A DNA stretch of 52,456 bases, taken from positions 1 through 52,456 of IMG/VR virus record IMGVR_UViG_3300020411_002342; one strand, 5' to 3'. Origin of the DNA: a virus (Duplodnaviria > Caudoviricetes). This document shows positions 26,314-36,839 of the stretch, one piece after another. Each line of letters starts with the position of its first letter. The first letter of the stretch is position 1. The notes below the pieces were generated by a model, which was not told where the DNA came from, did no database searches, and worked only from the letters and a program-made list of their open reading frames with translations. A program made the position numbers and the translations under genes.

Positions 26314-29300
26314 ATGCCACAGGAAACCAACTTAAACGTCAATCCATATTTTGACGATTTTAATAAAGATAAAAATTATTATAAAGTTCTTTTTAAACCT
26401 GGAACTCCAGTACAGGCAAGAGAATTAAGTACTCTTCAATCTATTTTACAAAATCAGATTGAACAATTTGGTACGCATTTCTTTAAAGAAGGATCAAAGG
26501 TTATTCCTGGTAATGTTACGTATGATAATAATTTTACATGTGTTCAAATAGAGAGTGATTTTTTAGGAATTCCAGTTGAAACATATGTAGATCAACTTGT
26601 AGGAACAAGAATTACTGGATCTTCATCTGGTGTTACTGCAAGTGTTAGAAAGATTCTTACTGCTGAAGATTCAGAGAGAGGAAATTTAACTTTATACATT
26701 AAATATGAGAAATCTGGTGAAGATTTTGAACAAACAGAGTTTTCTGATGGAGAGAGTTTATTAACTTCAACAGATATTACTTATGGTAATGCCGTTATTG
26801 CAACAAATGAACCTTTTGCAAATTGTTTAATTGCTGGTTCTTCAGCTAAGGGATCTGCTTTTTCTGTTGGTGATGGAGTTTATTTTATTCGTGGAACTTT
26901 TGCACAAGTTCAACAAGAAACGATTGTATTAGAACAATATAGTGCTAGTCCATCATATCGTGTTGGATTTGATGTAGAGGAAGATTTCATAACAGCTGAT
27001 GAAGATCCTGATTTGAATGATAATGCTTCAGGATTTACAAACTATGCTGCTCCAGGTGCTGATAGATTTAAAATTAAAATAAGTCTAAAGAAAAAAGATT
27101 TAGATGATTATAATGACCAAAATTTTGTTGAAATTGCAAGAATAGAACAAGGAAATTTACAAACTTTTGTCAAAGAAACTCAATATAATTTACTTGCTGA
27201 TACTTTAGCTAAAAGAACTTATGATGAATCAGGTAATTATTATGTTAAACCTTTTGGAGTCTATGTTAAAGAGTCTCTGAATGACCAAATAGGTAGTAAA
27301 GGTATATACACATCTGAACAAAAAACTGCACAGGGTAATACTCCTTCTGAGGATTTGATGACAATTCAAATTTCTCCAGGAAAAGCTTATGTGAAAGGAT
27401 ATTCTTTGGAGAAAATAGCACCTACTTTTATTGATGCACCAAAACCAAGAACAACAAGAGAAGTTAAAGAATATGCTGTTAGTTATTCTACAGGAGATCC
27501 TTTATTTTTAAATAATGTTTTTGGTTCTCCAAGTTTAGGAATTGGAACAACTGCGGTTGTTAGTTTGATGTCAAGAAGAAAGAGTGATAATAGTGCTGGT
27601 ACTGAAATTGGTCAAGCTAGATTATATGATTTTAAATCACAATCATCCAGTTATGAGGATGCAACTACTGAATATGAAATAAGATTATTTGATATAAAAA
27701 CTCTTACAGATGTTCAGGTTTCTAGTGCAATTACATCACTATCATCTTCAGATTATATACAGGGTAAAAGAAGTGGTGCTACTGGATATGTTTATTCTGG
27801 AAATGGAACAAATGTAACTAGTTTTAAGATGATTGATGTAAGTGGAACTTTCTTAAAAGATGAAAAACTTATAATCAATGGTATTGAAGATGGTAGAATT
27901 TTTAAGAAAGTAAGTACTTATACATTTAATGATGTTAAATCTTTAAAGAGTGCTGTTGGTGTTTCTACTTTTAGTGCTGATGTAGTTTTAGATGATGGAG
28001 ATAAACTTACTAATGTAGCATCAAGTAATCTTAAATTAACTTATACTGGTGGAAATACAGGAAAAATTACAGGATCTGGAGATAATTTTGTTGGACTTAT
28101 AACTGCAAATAATATTATTAGTTACTCAATTCCTGGTGAAACTACTCCTCGATTTAATAGAATTGATAAAATAAATGTTACAGGAAATGAAATTGATATT
28201 GTTGGAATACCAACTGTTAGTGGTGTTTGTATTGGTGGTATTGGAACAAATACATCAATTCCCGTAAATGATCTTCTTATTCGTAAAACAAGTTTTGATA
28301 TAGGAGATAACAGTTTATTAACTCCTGTAGCTCATTCTGGTATTGAAAGTTTAGATGTAACTAATACGACTATTAATATTAGAAAACAATATTCTGATAT
28401 TTCTATCGCAAATAGTCAATTTACAACTCCTACAGCAGGAAAGGATCTTTATTTCCAACCATTTGATGAAGAAAGATACTTCCTTTCTTATGATGATGGA
28501 TCTATTGAACCATTAACATCAGATCAAGTAACAATTTCTGATGACAAAAAGACTGTTACTTTTGTAGCTTTAAGTAAGGCCACTGGTAAAGCAAATTTAT
28601 TTGCAACAGTTCTTAAATCAAAAATTGTAAATAAACAGAAAAAATTAAATGAAGCAAATGTTTTAATTGTTAGTCGTTCTAAAGATGTATCATCTGGAGT
28701 TGGAACAAATACATTAGATGATGGTTTAACTTATAGTAGAGTATATGGAACAAGAGTACAAGATAATCAAATTTCTCTTAATATTCCTGATGCATGTTCA
28801 TTATTAGGTGTTTTTGAGTCAGAGAATACTAGTGATCCAAATTTACCATCTCTTGTAATGACTGGATTCTCTGGTCCAAGTGGAGATAATTCTGATTTAA
28901 TAGTTGGTGAAAAATTAACAGGTAAAACAAGTAATTCTGTAGCTTTAGTAGTAGAAATATCTGGTACTGATAGTGTAGGACTAATTTATTTGAATGAAAA
29001 TCTTTTTGAGATGGGTGAAACAGTAGTTTCAGAGAAATCTGGAATCTCAGCTGTTGCAGCTGCATTTAATGCTGGTGATAGAGATATTACAGATCAATTC
29101 TCTTTAAATATTAATCAAAAACCAAATTATTATGATTTTTCAACTATAATCAGAGAAAAACAATATCCAGATCCAGAGAGAAAATTAAAAATTGTATTTA
29201 AGAATTTTTATGTTGATGCTGATGATACTGGAGATTTCTATAATGCATCAAGTTACCCATCTGGATCTAGAAAGTTAATAAATGTTGATCGCAATTATCA

Positions 29301-32300
29301 ATTATTTGTTAGTGACTTAATTGATATAAGACCAAGGGTTGCTGCTTATGACATGACATCTGGAATATCTCCTTTTGATGCCAGATCTAGAATATTCTCA
29401 ACTCAAGGTGATGGATCATTAAATCCATTAGTTCCTGATGAGACTTTGATAGTTACTTATGATTATTATCTTGGAAGGAAAGATAGAATATTTATTGATA
29501 AAAACGGAGATTTCATATATCTTCAAGGTATTCCTTCGGAAGATCCACAGGAACCACAAGCAATTGGTGATGCAATGGAAGTTGCAAAATTGGAATTTCC
29601 AGCATATTTGAATGATGTTAGCGAATCAAATATGATTCGAACAAAACATAAACGTTTTACTATGGCTGACATAGGAAGACTTGAAAAGAGAATTGAAAAT
29701 GTTGAATATTATTCAAGGTTATCTTTACTTGAACTTGATACCAGTACATTACAAGTAACAGATGCTAATGGTTTAAATCGTTTTAAATGTGGATTCTTTG
29801 TTGATAACTTTAAGAGACATGAAAATCATCAGATCGCTCATCCAGATTGGAGTGCATCTACAGATCTTAAATCAGGTATTTTAAGACCAGGACATTATAC
29901 CATTGCAATGGATTTGATTATTGCATGTAAGAAATACTTTGGTTTAGGAGTTCCTAAGAAAAGAGTTAGTCTTAAGAAATGTAATGATGTAGATGGTTAT
30001 AATATTAAAAAAGTTAATAGGACAGTATTACTTGATTTCAGTGAAACTGAAATGGTAAAACAGATTTATGCATCAAGAATTGAAAATGTAAACCCATTTT
30101 TGATTGCATATTTTGCTGGTGATATGAAACTGATTCCAGATTCTGATACTTGGGTTGATACTAAAACGATAGATGCAAATGTTATATGGGATACAGATGA
30201 ATATGATGCAGCTATTAAAAAATATGGTATCGATGAAGAGACTGGTTTAAGTGAAGTGGAATGGGGTTCTTGGAAGACTGATTGGGTAGGAGAAAAAGTA
30301 CTTGATACTTATACTGAAACAAAAGATAAAACCTTTAAAGGTGGAAAGATAAAACCTAATCAAATTCCAAAAGGAGTAAAGAATAAGATCAAATCTATTC
30401 CAAATTATAGGAAAGTTATTGAATTAAATGGAAAATGGATTGCAGCGGGTAAAGGTGTTATTATAAATGCTAAACTAAGAACAAAACAAAAGTATCAAGA
30501 TATCAAGGTAACAACCAAAAAATCTAAAAAAGGTATTCAGTATAACATAACTCCTACAGTCACCAATGAAGTTATTGGTGAAAAGGTTGTTAGTCAAGAT
30601 AAAATCTCTTATATGAGAAGAAGAGAGATTGAATTTGTTGCTGAAAGAATGAAACCAAGAACAAGATTCTATCCTTATTTTGATGGAGTTTATGTTCATG
30701 GATGGTGTACTCCTAAACTTCTTGAAATTAAGATGAAAAGTGGTGTATTCAAGGTTGGTGAAACCGTTGAAGGTAAAATGAATTTCAAGAAATATAATGC
30801 ATCTAAGTTTAAAGGTGGTAGTAAAGATGAAATTGTTTTTAGAGTGTGTCAACCAAATCATAAGACAGGTGCATATGATAATCCAGATAAAGTTTTAACT
30901 TTAAATCCATATAAACCTGGCGCTACTATGCCTGCATCATACTCTTCATCATCTAATCTTTTAAATGTTGATGTTGAAGGTCTTGCTGATCATGTTGATG
31001 ATGATTATTTTGGATGTGTTAGACCAGGTATGACACTTGTTGGAGAAACAAGTGGTGCAATAGCAAAGGTAGTAAGAAAGAGACTTATTACCGATTCTCT
31101 TGGATATTTGAATGGTTGTTTCCAAATTCCAAATCCCAAATTTAAATCTAATCCAAAATTTGAAACTGGGGTAAAAACTTTTAGATTAACAACTAGTAAG
31201 ACTAATGATACAACTGCAGGAGTAGTTAAAGGTCACGCTGAAGCTAATTTCTATGCTGAAGGAACTTTAAATACAGTTCAAGAAACTGTATTGAGTACTA
31301 AAATTCCTCAAATTCAGAAACTTACTCTAAAAGATCAAAAAGTATTAAACAAAAGAATATCTAGAAAAATAGGTCCAGCTGAAAAAGAAATTAGAGGTAT
31401 TCAATATTATGATCCTCTTGCACAAACTTTCAGAGTAGATGATACATCTGGTGTATTCATTACTTCAGTTGATGTCTATATGAGAGATAAGGATACTGAA
31501 ATTCCTTTAACAATGCAAGTTAGGACTGTTGATACTGGTTCACCAACTTCTGAGATTTTACCTTATAGTGTTGTTTCTGTTGATCCAGATGATGTAAAAG
31601 TTTCTGAAGATGCTTCTGTTGCAACTAATTTTAAATTTGATGCACCTGTTTATTTGGAAGGAGAACAAGAATATGCTTTAGTTCTTGTTACACCTTCTGA
31701 AAACTATACTGCTTGGATTTCAAGAATGGGTGAAGTTGATATTTCTACAGCTAATTTACCCGATAATGAACAAGTATTAATCAGTCAACAACCATATTTG
31801 GGAACTTTATTTAAGTCTCAGAATGGTACGACCTGGGATCCAAGTCAGTTGGAAGATATGAAGTTTACAATTTATAAAGCTAAATTTAATACCGCTCCAG
31901 GTATGGTTAGATTTTTCAACTCAAATATTAGTGTTGCAAATGATCTCATTCAATCTTTACCAAATAACTCAATTGAACTCATATCAAGAAGAGCTATAGT
32001 TGGTATAGGAACAACGTTACCACTTACAAGTGAAACTGATTTTTCAACAGGTTTGAAACCAGGTGTAAGAATTAAACAGGCTGGTAATAATGAGGCTCGA
32101 GCAAATATACTGGCAATTGCTGGTATTGCAACCATTAATGGATCAAATGATCTTGACATTATTAATCCTGGTCTTGGTTATACCCCTGCATCTGGTACTC
32201 TTACATATTCAAGTGTTCCAATGGTTACCAAATCAGGAAATGGTAGTGGTGCTGTTGGTGATGTTACTGTTGTTGACGGTAAGATTGGTGTTGTTACCTT

Positions 32301-33972
32301 TACCAATGGTGGAACCAATTATGTAGTTGGTGATACTGTAGGAGTAAGTACTTTAGGTCTTGGAAATGGTAGTGGTGATGTTATTTCTGTTGGTCTTATT
32401 ACAGCCACTAATTCATTACTTATAGATCAAGTTCAAGGAACATTTAACATTGGTGTTGGTACAATTACGTATAATAATGGTGAAAGTTTTGTTGCTTTAG
32501 GTGGAACAAATATAGGAAGTGCATGTACTATTACATCATTTACTGTTGATCCTTTCTATGATGGTCAACACTTTAAGGTTAATCATAGAGTTCATGCAAT
32601 GCACGCTTCCAATAACTATCTTTCAATTAAAGGTGTTTTACCAGATTCACCAGTTGTAGAAATTACAGCAGATGTATCGAAGACTGGTCTTGGCGATATT
32701 CAGGTTTCTGATTCATCAAGCTTTAGAAATTTTGAAGGAGTTGGTGTTGGTACTACCAATTATGGATATGCAATGATTAATGGACTTGAAATTGTTGCTT
32801 ATACAGGTGTAGCTGATGGTCGCATAACTGGAATTACAACCAGAGGAATTGGACCTCGTTCTCATATGATTGGTGGTGGAAATGGACAAAGAACTCCAAA
32901 AAGTTCTTATGAAGCAGGAGATACAATTCAGAAATATTCACTAGGTGGTATTAATTTAAGAAGAATTAACTGTTTCCATGATATGTCTGATGTAGATACA
33001 ACAAAATATCCTAAAGATTTGGATTCTTATTATCTTAAGATGGATAATAGTGAGGACAGAGGTTTAAATGACGTAAGTCCAGGTAGTGATAGAAGTGGTA
33101 GTGGTAGTTTCCCAGCACGATACTTTAATCGAACAAAAATGACTGGTGGACCTCGAATTCGTATTCAACGAAATATTCAATTTGAAAGTATTACACCAAA
33201 TATTCAAACCATGACTCCTCCTGGAACTTCTGTTGGAGGTAAAATAAGAACTATTTCCGCTACCAGTATTAATGGTTCAGAAGAGTCATTTGTTGATCAA
33301 GGTTATGAATCGATTGTAGTTAATGATGAGAATACTCTTGATAGTCCAAGAATGATTGCTCATAGACTTAACGAAGCTAAAAAATTGAATGATGTGATGC
33401 CTGCAGGGAAATCAATGGTTGTTGATATTGAATTAGCATCAGATAATGAAAATGTTTCTCCAATGATAGATCTTGATAGAGTTAGTATGATCCTTACTAC
33501 TAATAGACTTAGTGGTGGTGATTTTGATGATGATGGATTTATGCAAAAGACCAAAGTAACTGGTCAAGATCCAAGTACTGCAACTTATATTTCTAATATG
33601 GTTATTTTGAATAATCCAGCTACTGAAATAGTATTAGAATTTTCAGGATATAGGACAGAAGGTTCTGAAATTAGAGCTTTCTATAAGACTATGACTGAAG
33701 GATCAGTTGAAGATTCATTTGATCGTGATTTTGAACCATTCCCTGGATTTGGAAATACTGATCAATTCGGAAAAGTTAAAGATCCATCAAAGAATAGTGG
33801 TCAACCAGATACTCTTGTTCCTCCTAGTATTGGTGATGAGATGAAAGAGTATATTTTCTCCACAAGAGAAATAGCACCATTCACTCAATTCCAAATTAAA
33901 GTTGTTTTAGTTGGTAATGATCAATCTAAACCACCTAAGATTTCAGAACTTAGAGGAATAGCGTTCGCATAA
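26314..33972 (+). CDS. VrlC-like (DUF4815-type) large virion structural protein, 2552 aa
   Basis: NLNVNPYFDDF...VLFKPGTPVQARELSTLQSILQNQIE, APGADRFKI, GFFVDNF, DPLAQTF, LFKSQNGTTW. Confidence 0.85.
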   Translation: MPQETNLNVNPYFDDFNKDKNYYKVLFKPGTPVQARELSTLQSILQNQIEQFGTHFFKEGSKVIPGNVTYDNNFTCVQIESDFLGIPVETYVDQLVGTRITGSSSGVTASVRKILTAEDSERGNLTLYIKYEKSGEDFEQTEFSDGESLLTSTDITYGNAVIATNEPFANCLIAGSSAKGSAFSVGDGVYFIRGTFAQVQQETIVLEQYSASPSYRVGFDVEEDFITADEDPDLNDNASGFTNYAAPGADRFKIKISLKKKDLDDYNDQNFVEIARIEQGNLQTFVKETQYNLLADTLAKRTYDESGNYYVKPFGVYVKESLNDQIGSKGIYTSEQKTAQGNTPSEDLMTIQISPGKAYVKGYSLEKIAPTFIDAPKPRTTREVKEYAVSYSTGDPLFLNNVFGSPSLGIGTTAVVSLMSRRKSDNSAGTEIGQARLYDFKSQSSSYEDATTEYEIRLFDIKTLTDVQVSSAITSLSSSDYIQGKRSGATGYVYSGNGTNVTSFKMIDVSGTFLKDEKLIINGIEDGRIFKKVSTYTFNDVKSLKSAVGVSTFSADVVLDDGDKLTNVASSNLKLTYTGGNTGKITGSGDNFVGLITANNIISYSIPGETTPRFNRIDKINVTGNEIDIVGIPTVSGVCIGGIGTNTSIPVNDLLIRKTSFDIGDNSLLTPVAHSGIESLDVTNTTINIRKQYSDISIANSQFTTPTAGKDLYFQPFDEERYFLSYDDGSIEPLTSDQVTISDDKKTVTFVALSKATGKANLFATVLKSKIVNKQKKLNEANVLIVSRSKDVSSGVGTNTLDDGLTYSRVYGTRVQDNQISLNIPDACSLLGVFESENTSDPNLPSLVMTGFSGPSGDNSDLIVGEKLTGKTSNSVALVVEISGTDSVGLIYLNENLFEMGETVVSEKSGISAVAAAFNAGDRDITDQFSLNINQKPNYYDFSTIIREKQYPDPERKLKIVFKNFYVDADDTGDFYNASSYPSGSRKLINVDRNYQLFVSDLIDIRPRVAAYDMTSGISPFDARSRIFSTQGDGSLNPLVPDETLIVTYDYYLGRKDRIFIDKNGDFIYLQGIPSEDPQEPQAIGDAMEVAKLEFPAYLNDVSESNMIRTKHKRFTMADIGRLEKRIENVEYYSRLSLLELDTSTLQVTDANGLNRFKCGFFVDNFKRHENHQIAHPDWSASTDLKSGILRPGHYTIAMDLIIACKKYFGLGVPKKRVSLKKCNDVDGYNIKKVNRTVLLDFSETEMVKQIYASRIENVNPFLIAYFAGDMKLIPDSDTWVDTKTIDANVIWDTDEYDAAIKKYGIDEETGLSEVEWGSWKTDWVGEKVLDTYTETKDKTFKGGKIKPNQIPKGVKNKIKSIPNYRKVIELNGKWIAAGKGVIINAKLRTKQKYQDIKVTTKKSKKGIQYNITPTVTNEVIGEKVVSQDKISYMRRREIEFVAERMKPRTRFYPYFDGVYVHGWCTPKLLEIKMKSGVFKVGETVEGKMNFKKYNASKFKGGSKDEIVFRVCQPNHKTGAYDNPDKVLTLNPYKPGATMPASYSSSSNLLNVDVEGLADHVDDDYFGCVRPGMTLVGETSGAIAKVVRKRLITDSLGYLNGCFQIPNPKFKSNPKFETGVKTFRLTTSKTNDTTAGVVKGHAEANFYAEGTLNTVQETVLSTKIPQIQKLTLKDQKVLNKRISRKIGPAEKEIRGIQYYDPLAQTFRVDDTSGVFITSVDVYMRDKDTEIPLTMQVRTVDTGSPTSEILPYSVVSVDPDDVKVSEDASVATNFKFDAPVYLEGEQEYALVLVTPSENYTAWISRMGEVDISTANLPDNEQVLISQQPYLGTLFKSQNGTTWDPSQLEDMKFTIYKAKFNTAPGMVRFFNSNISVANDLIQSLPNNSIELISRRAIVGIGTTLPLTSETDFSTGLKPGVRIKQAGNNEARANILAIAGIATINGSNDLDIINPGLGYTPASGTLTYSSVPMVTKSGNGSGAVGDVTVVDGKIGVVTFTNGGTNYVVGDTVGVSTLGLGNGSGDVISVGLITATNSLLIDQVQGTFNIGVGTITYNNGESFVALGGTNIGSACTITSFTVDPFYDGQHFKVNHRVHAMHASNNYLSIKGVLPDSPVVEITADVSKTGLGDIQVSDSSSFRNFEGVGVGTTNYGYAMINGLEIVAYTGVADGRITGITTRGIGPRSHMIGGGNGQRTPKSSYEAGDTIQKYSLGGINLRRINCFHDMSDVDTTKYPKDLDSYYLKMDNSEDRGLNDVSPGSDRSGSGSFPARYFNRTKMTGGPRIRIQRNIQFESITPNIQTMTPPGTSVGGKIRTISATSINGSEESFVDQGYESIVVNDENTLDSPRMIAHRLNEAKKLNDVMPAGKSMVVDIELASDNENVSPMIDLDRVSMILTTNRLSGGDFDDDGFMQKTKVTGQDPSTATYISNMVILNNPATEIVLEFSGYRTEGSEIRAFYKTMTEGSVEDSFDRDFEPFPGFGNTDQFGKVKDPSKNSGQPDTLVPPSIGDEMKEYIFSTREIAPFTQFQIKVVLVGNDQSKPPKISELRGIAFA

Positions 33973-34205
33973 TGACAAATCACGTACCAGTTGAAGGGCA
34001 ATCTGGTCTTTATAGAGATACTGACACACAAGCTATTATCAATAAAGATCAGAATGCATATAATTCTTACATAGCTAGAAGAAAAGCTATGAATGAGAAA
34101 AATGAAGAACTAAACAGAATGAAAGAAGATCTTGACGACATGAAAAATGAGATGGGTGATATAAAGTCTTTATTACTCTCATTAAATCAAAAACTAAATA
34201 ATTAA
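33972..34205 (+). CDS. Small coiled-coil protein
   Basis: ORF track. TAATG coupling, C-terminal heptads. Confidence 0.8.
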   Translation: MTNHVPVEGQSGLYRDTDTQAIINKDQNAYNSYIARRKAMNEKNEELNRMKEDLDDMKNEMGDIKSLLLSLNQKLNN

Positions 34206-34209
34206 AAAA

Positions 34210-34572
34210 ATGGCACAACAGGTTATCACATTTGATCCAGAAGTTGCCGTTCCCTATGGTGTTAATTTAACCATATATTCTGGCGCTGATTTTAGTAATG
34301 AGTTTACAGTAAAAACTTCTGCTGGTTCCAGTATTAATTTTACAAATTATACTGGCAAAAGTAATATGAAGAAATCTGTAATTGGAACTGCTAATACTTT
34401 TGGGGTAACTCTTGGAACAACTAACGGAAAAGTTACTATTTCTATGGGTTCAACAGTTACAAGAAGTCTATCGGAAGGTAGATATCTATATGATGTAAAT
34501 GTGAGTTCTGGTTCAACATTTTTTAAAATTGTTGAAGGAACAATTCTTGTTAAAACAGGTATTTCGACTTAA
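34210..34572 (+). CDS. Virion structural protein (beta-rich, GRYLYDV motif)
   Basis: ORF track. Late motif CTAAATA at 34194-34200. Confidence 0.75.
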   Translation: MAQQVITFDPEVAVPYGVNLTIYSGADFSNEFTVKTSAGSSINFTNYTGKSNMKKSVIGTANTFGVTLGTTNGKVTISMGSTVTRSLSEGRYLYDVNVSSGSTFFKIVEGTILVKTGIST

Positions 34573-34582
34573 GAGGTAAATA

Positions 34583-35422
34583 ATGGCTCAACCAAGTTCC
34601 AGACAAGGTTTAATAGATTACGCTAAGAGACAACTTGGTTATCCTGTTTTGGAGATCAATGTTGCAGATGAACAGTTCAATGATCTGTTAGATGATGCTG
34701 TACAAATATATCAAGAAAGACATTATGATGGAATTGCTAGAATGTATCTTAAATATAAGATTACACAAGAAGATATAGATAGAGGTCGTGCAAGAGGTGC
34801 TAGTAAGAATGCAGGTATAACTACAACAACTGGTACTTCTACAGTAGGTTTATCAACATCATTTGATTTTGAAGAAAATCAAAATTATTTACAAATACCA
34901 CCAGCAGTTATTGGTATTAATCAAATATTTAAAATAAGATCTGATACTGTATATGATGGTTTATTTAATATTAGATATCAGTTATTTTTAAATGACTTAT
35001 ATCAGTTTGGTTCTATTGACCTTCTTCAGTATTCTATGGTTCAGACATATTTGGAAGATATTACATTCTTATTGAACCCAGATATGAGATATCGTTTTAA
35101 TATTCGTCAAGATAGACTTTATATTGATACGGATTGGTCTACAGTTACAGTTGGTGATTATTTTGTTATTGATTGTTTTAGAATATTAGATCCAGATGAT
35201 TTTACAAGAGTTTATAATGATCCATTTTTAAAGAGGTATTTTACTGCTTTAGCTAAAAAACAATGGGGTCAAAATTTAATCAAATATCAGGGTGTTCAAC
35301 TTCCTGGCGGTGTTCAACTTAATGGTAGAGAAATTTATGAAGATGGTCAAAAAGAATTAGATGAAATTAGGGAGAAAATGGCTAGTGATTATGAAATGCC
35401 CCCACTCGACATGATAGGATAA
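34583..35422 (+). CDS. gp13: Neck protein gp13
   Basis: RQLGYPVLEINV, KKQWGQNLIKY, LPGGVQLNG. Confidence 0.93.
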   Translation: MAQPSSRQGLIDYAKRQLGYPVLEINVADEQFNDLLDDAVQIYQERHYDGIARMYLKYKITQEDIDRGRARGASKNAGITTTTGTSTVGLSTSFDFEENQNYLQIPPAVIGINQIFKIRSDTVYDGLFNIRYQLFLNDLYQFGSIDLLQYSMVQTYLEDITFLLNPDMRYRFNIRQDRLYIDTDWSTVTVGDYFVIDCFRILDPDDFTRVYNDPFLKRYFTALAKKQWGQNLIKYQGVQLPGGVQLNGREIYEDGQKELDEIREKMASDYEMPPLDMIG

Positions 35423-35428
35423 TGAAAT

Positions 35429-36820
35429 ATGGCATTAAATCCATTCTTCCTACAAGGTTCTAAAAGTGAACAAGGTCTTGTTCAAGATCTAATCAATGAA
35501 CAATTATCAATATATGGCGTTGAATGTCATTATATTCCTAGAAAACTTGTAACATCAAAATCAATATTTAAAGAGGTTATTGAATCAAGATTTGATCAAG
35601 CCTTTCCTTTAGAAGCATATTTAATGAACACTGATGGACTTGGTGGTCAAGGTGATATGTTGACTAAATTTGGAATTCGGTCAACAGATGAAGCAACTTT
35701 TGTTATTTCAAGAGAAAGATTTGAAGAATCTATTTCACCTTTTTTAAAAGAACAAAAGGATGATTATGAATTATATAAAAGACCCAAAGAAGGTGATTTG
35801 ATTTTCTTTCCTCTTGGAAAGAGGATGTTTGAAATTAAATTTGTAGAACATGAAAAACCATTTTATCAATTAAGAAATTTATATACATATCAACTTCAAT
35901 GTGAACTCTTTGAATATGAAGATGAAGTCATCGATACTAATGTTGAAGCCATTGATGAAGTGGTTCAGACAGAAGGTTATATGGCAAGACTTGTTCTTTC
36001 TGAGGTTGGAACTAGAGCTACTGGAATAACAACTCTTGTTTATAATGCAGTTCATAAGATATATCTTCAGAATGATGGATATGGATATGCTGCTGCTCCT
36101 ACTGTTTCTATTAGTACTTCACCTGGAACAGATGCAACAGCTGTTGCAATTATGACGGAAAGAACTGGTATTCAGACTGGAAAATCAATTGATCGAATAT
36201 TAATTATTAATCCAGGTAATCAATATACTGGTATTCCAACTGTGACCATTCCAGGCCCTGGCATTGCAACTGCAGGAATTACCACTTTGGGTTCTATTGG
36301 TATTGTTACAATTACCAGTGGTGGATCAGGTTATACAACCACTCCTAATGTTTCTATTGGTACTGCACCATCAGGAGGACAAGATGCAACTGCTGAAGCG
36401 GTAATGGTTGGTGGTACTGTTCGTTATATAAGACTTACTAATGCAGGTTATGGTTATACTCAGACTCCAACTATTACTGTTGGTGCTGCAAGTAGTGTTG
36501 GAACAGGTAATTTCGTCTTTAATGAAATTGTTAATGTTGGTACTTCATCAACTGTGACTGCAAGAGTTAAAGTTTGGGATGCAAGTTCTAAGACTCTTGA
36601 TGTTAGTATGGTTTCTGCAATGACAATGGGAGCTGGTCAGAAGATAACAGGTCTTGAATCTGGTGCTGAATATATTGTTAAATCAGTGAACTATAATCAA
36701 CCGAATGACTTTAATAATTCAGAATATTCAGCGGATCAATATAATGATAATGAAGAGTTTGAAACTCTTGCTGATGATTTATTGGATTTCACAGAAGGAA
36801 ATCCTTTCGGTACTTTCTAA
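35429..36820 (+). CDS. gp14: Neck/head-closure protein gp14 with inserted beta-repeats
   Basis: EQGLVQDLINEQL, RPKEGDLIFFP, FVEHEKPFYQL, DFTEGNPFG. Confidence 0.92.
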   Translation: MALNPFFLQGSKSEQGLVQDLINEQLSIYGVECHYIPRKLVTSKSIFKEVIESRFDQAFPLEAYLMNTDGLGGQGDMLTKFGIRSTDEATFVISRERFEESISPFLKEQKDDYELYKRPKEGDLIFFPLGKRMFEIKFVEHEKPFYQLRNLYTYQLQCELFEYEDEVIDTNVEAIDEVVQTEGYMARLVLSEVGTRATGITTLVYNAVHKIYLQNDGYGYAAAPTVSISTSPGTDATAVAIMTERTGIQTGKSIDRILIINPGNQYTGIPTVTIPGPGIATAGITTLGSIGIVTITSGGSGYTTTPNVSIGTAPSGGQDATAEAVMVGGTVRYIRLTNAGYGYTQTPTITVGAASSVGTGNFVFNEIVNVGTSSTVTARVKVWDASSKTLDVSMVSAMTMGAGQKITGLESGAEYIVKSVNYNQPNDFNNSEYSADQYNDNEEFETLADDLLDFTEGNPFGTF

Positions 36821-36823
36821 ATA
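36816..36823 (+). promoter_or_regulatory. T4-type late promoter
   Basis: TCTAAATA overlapping the gp14 stop, upstream of gp15. Confidence 0.6.
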
Positions 36824-36839
36824 GTTAAAAAATATTGAC

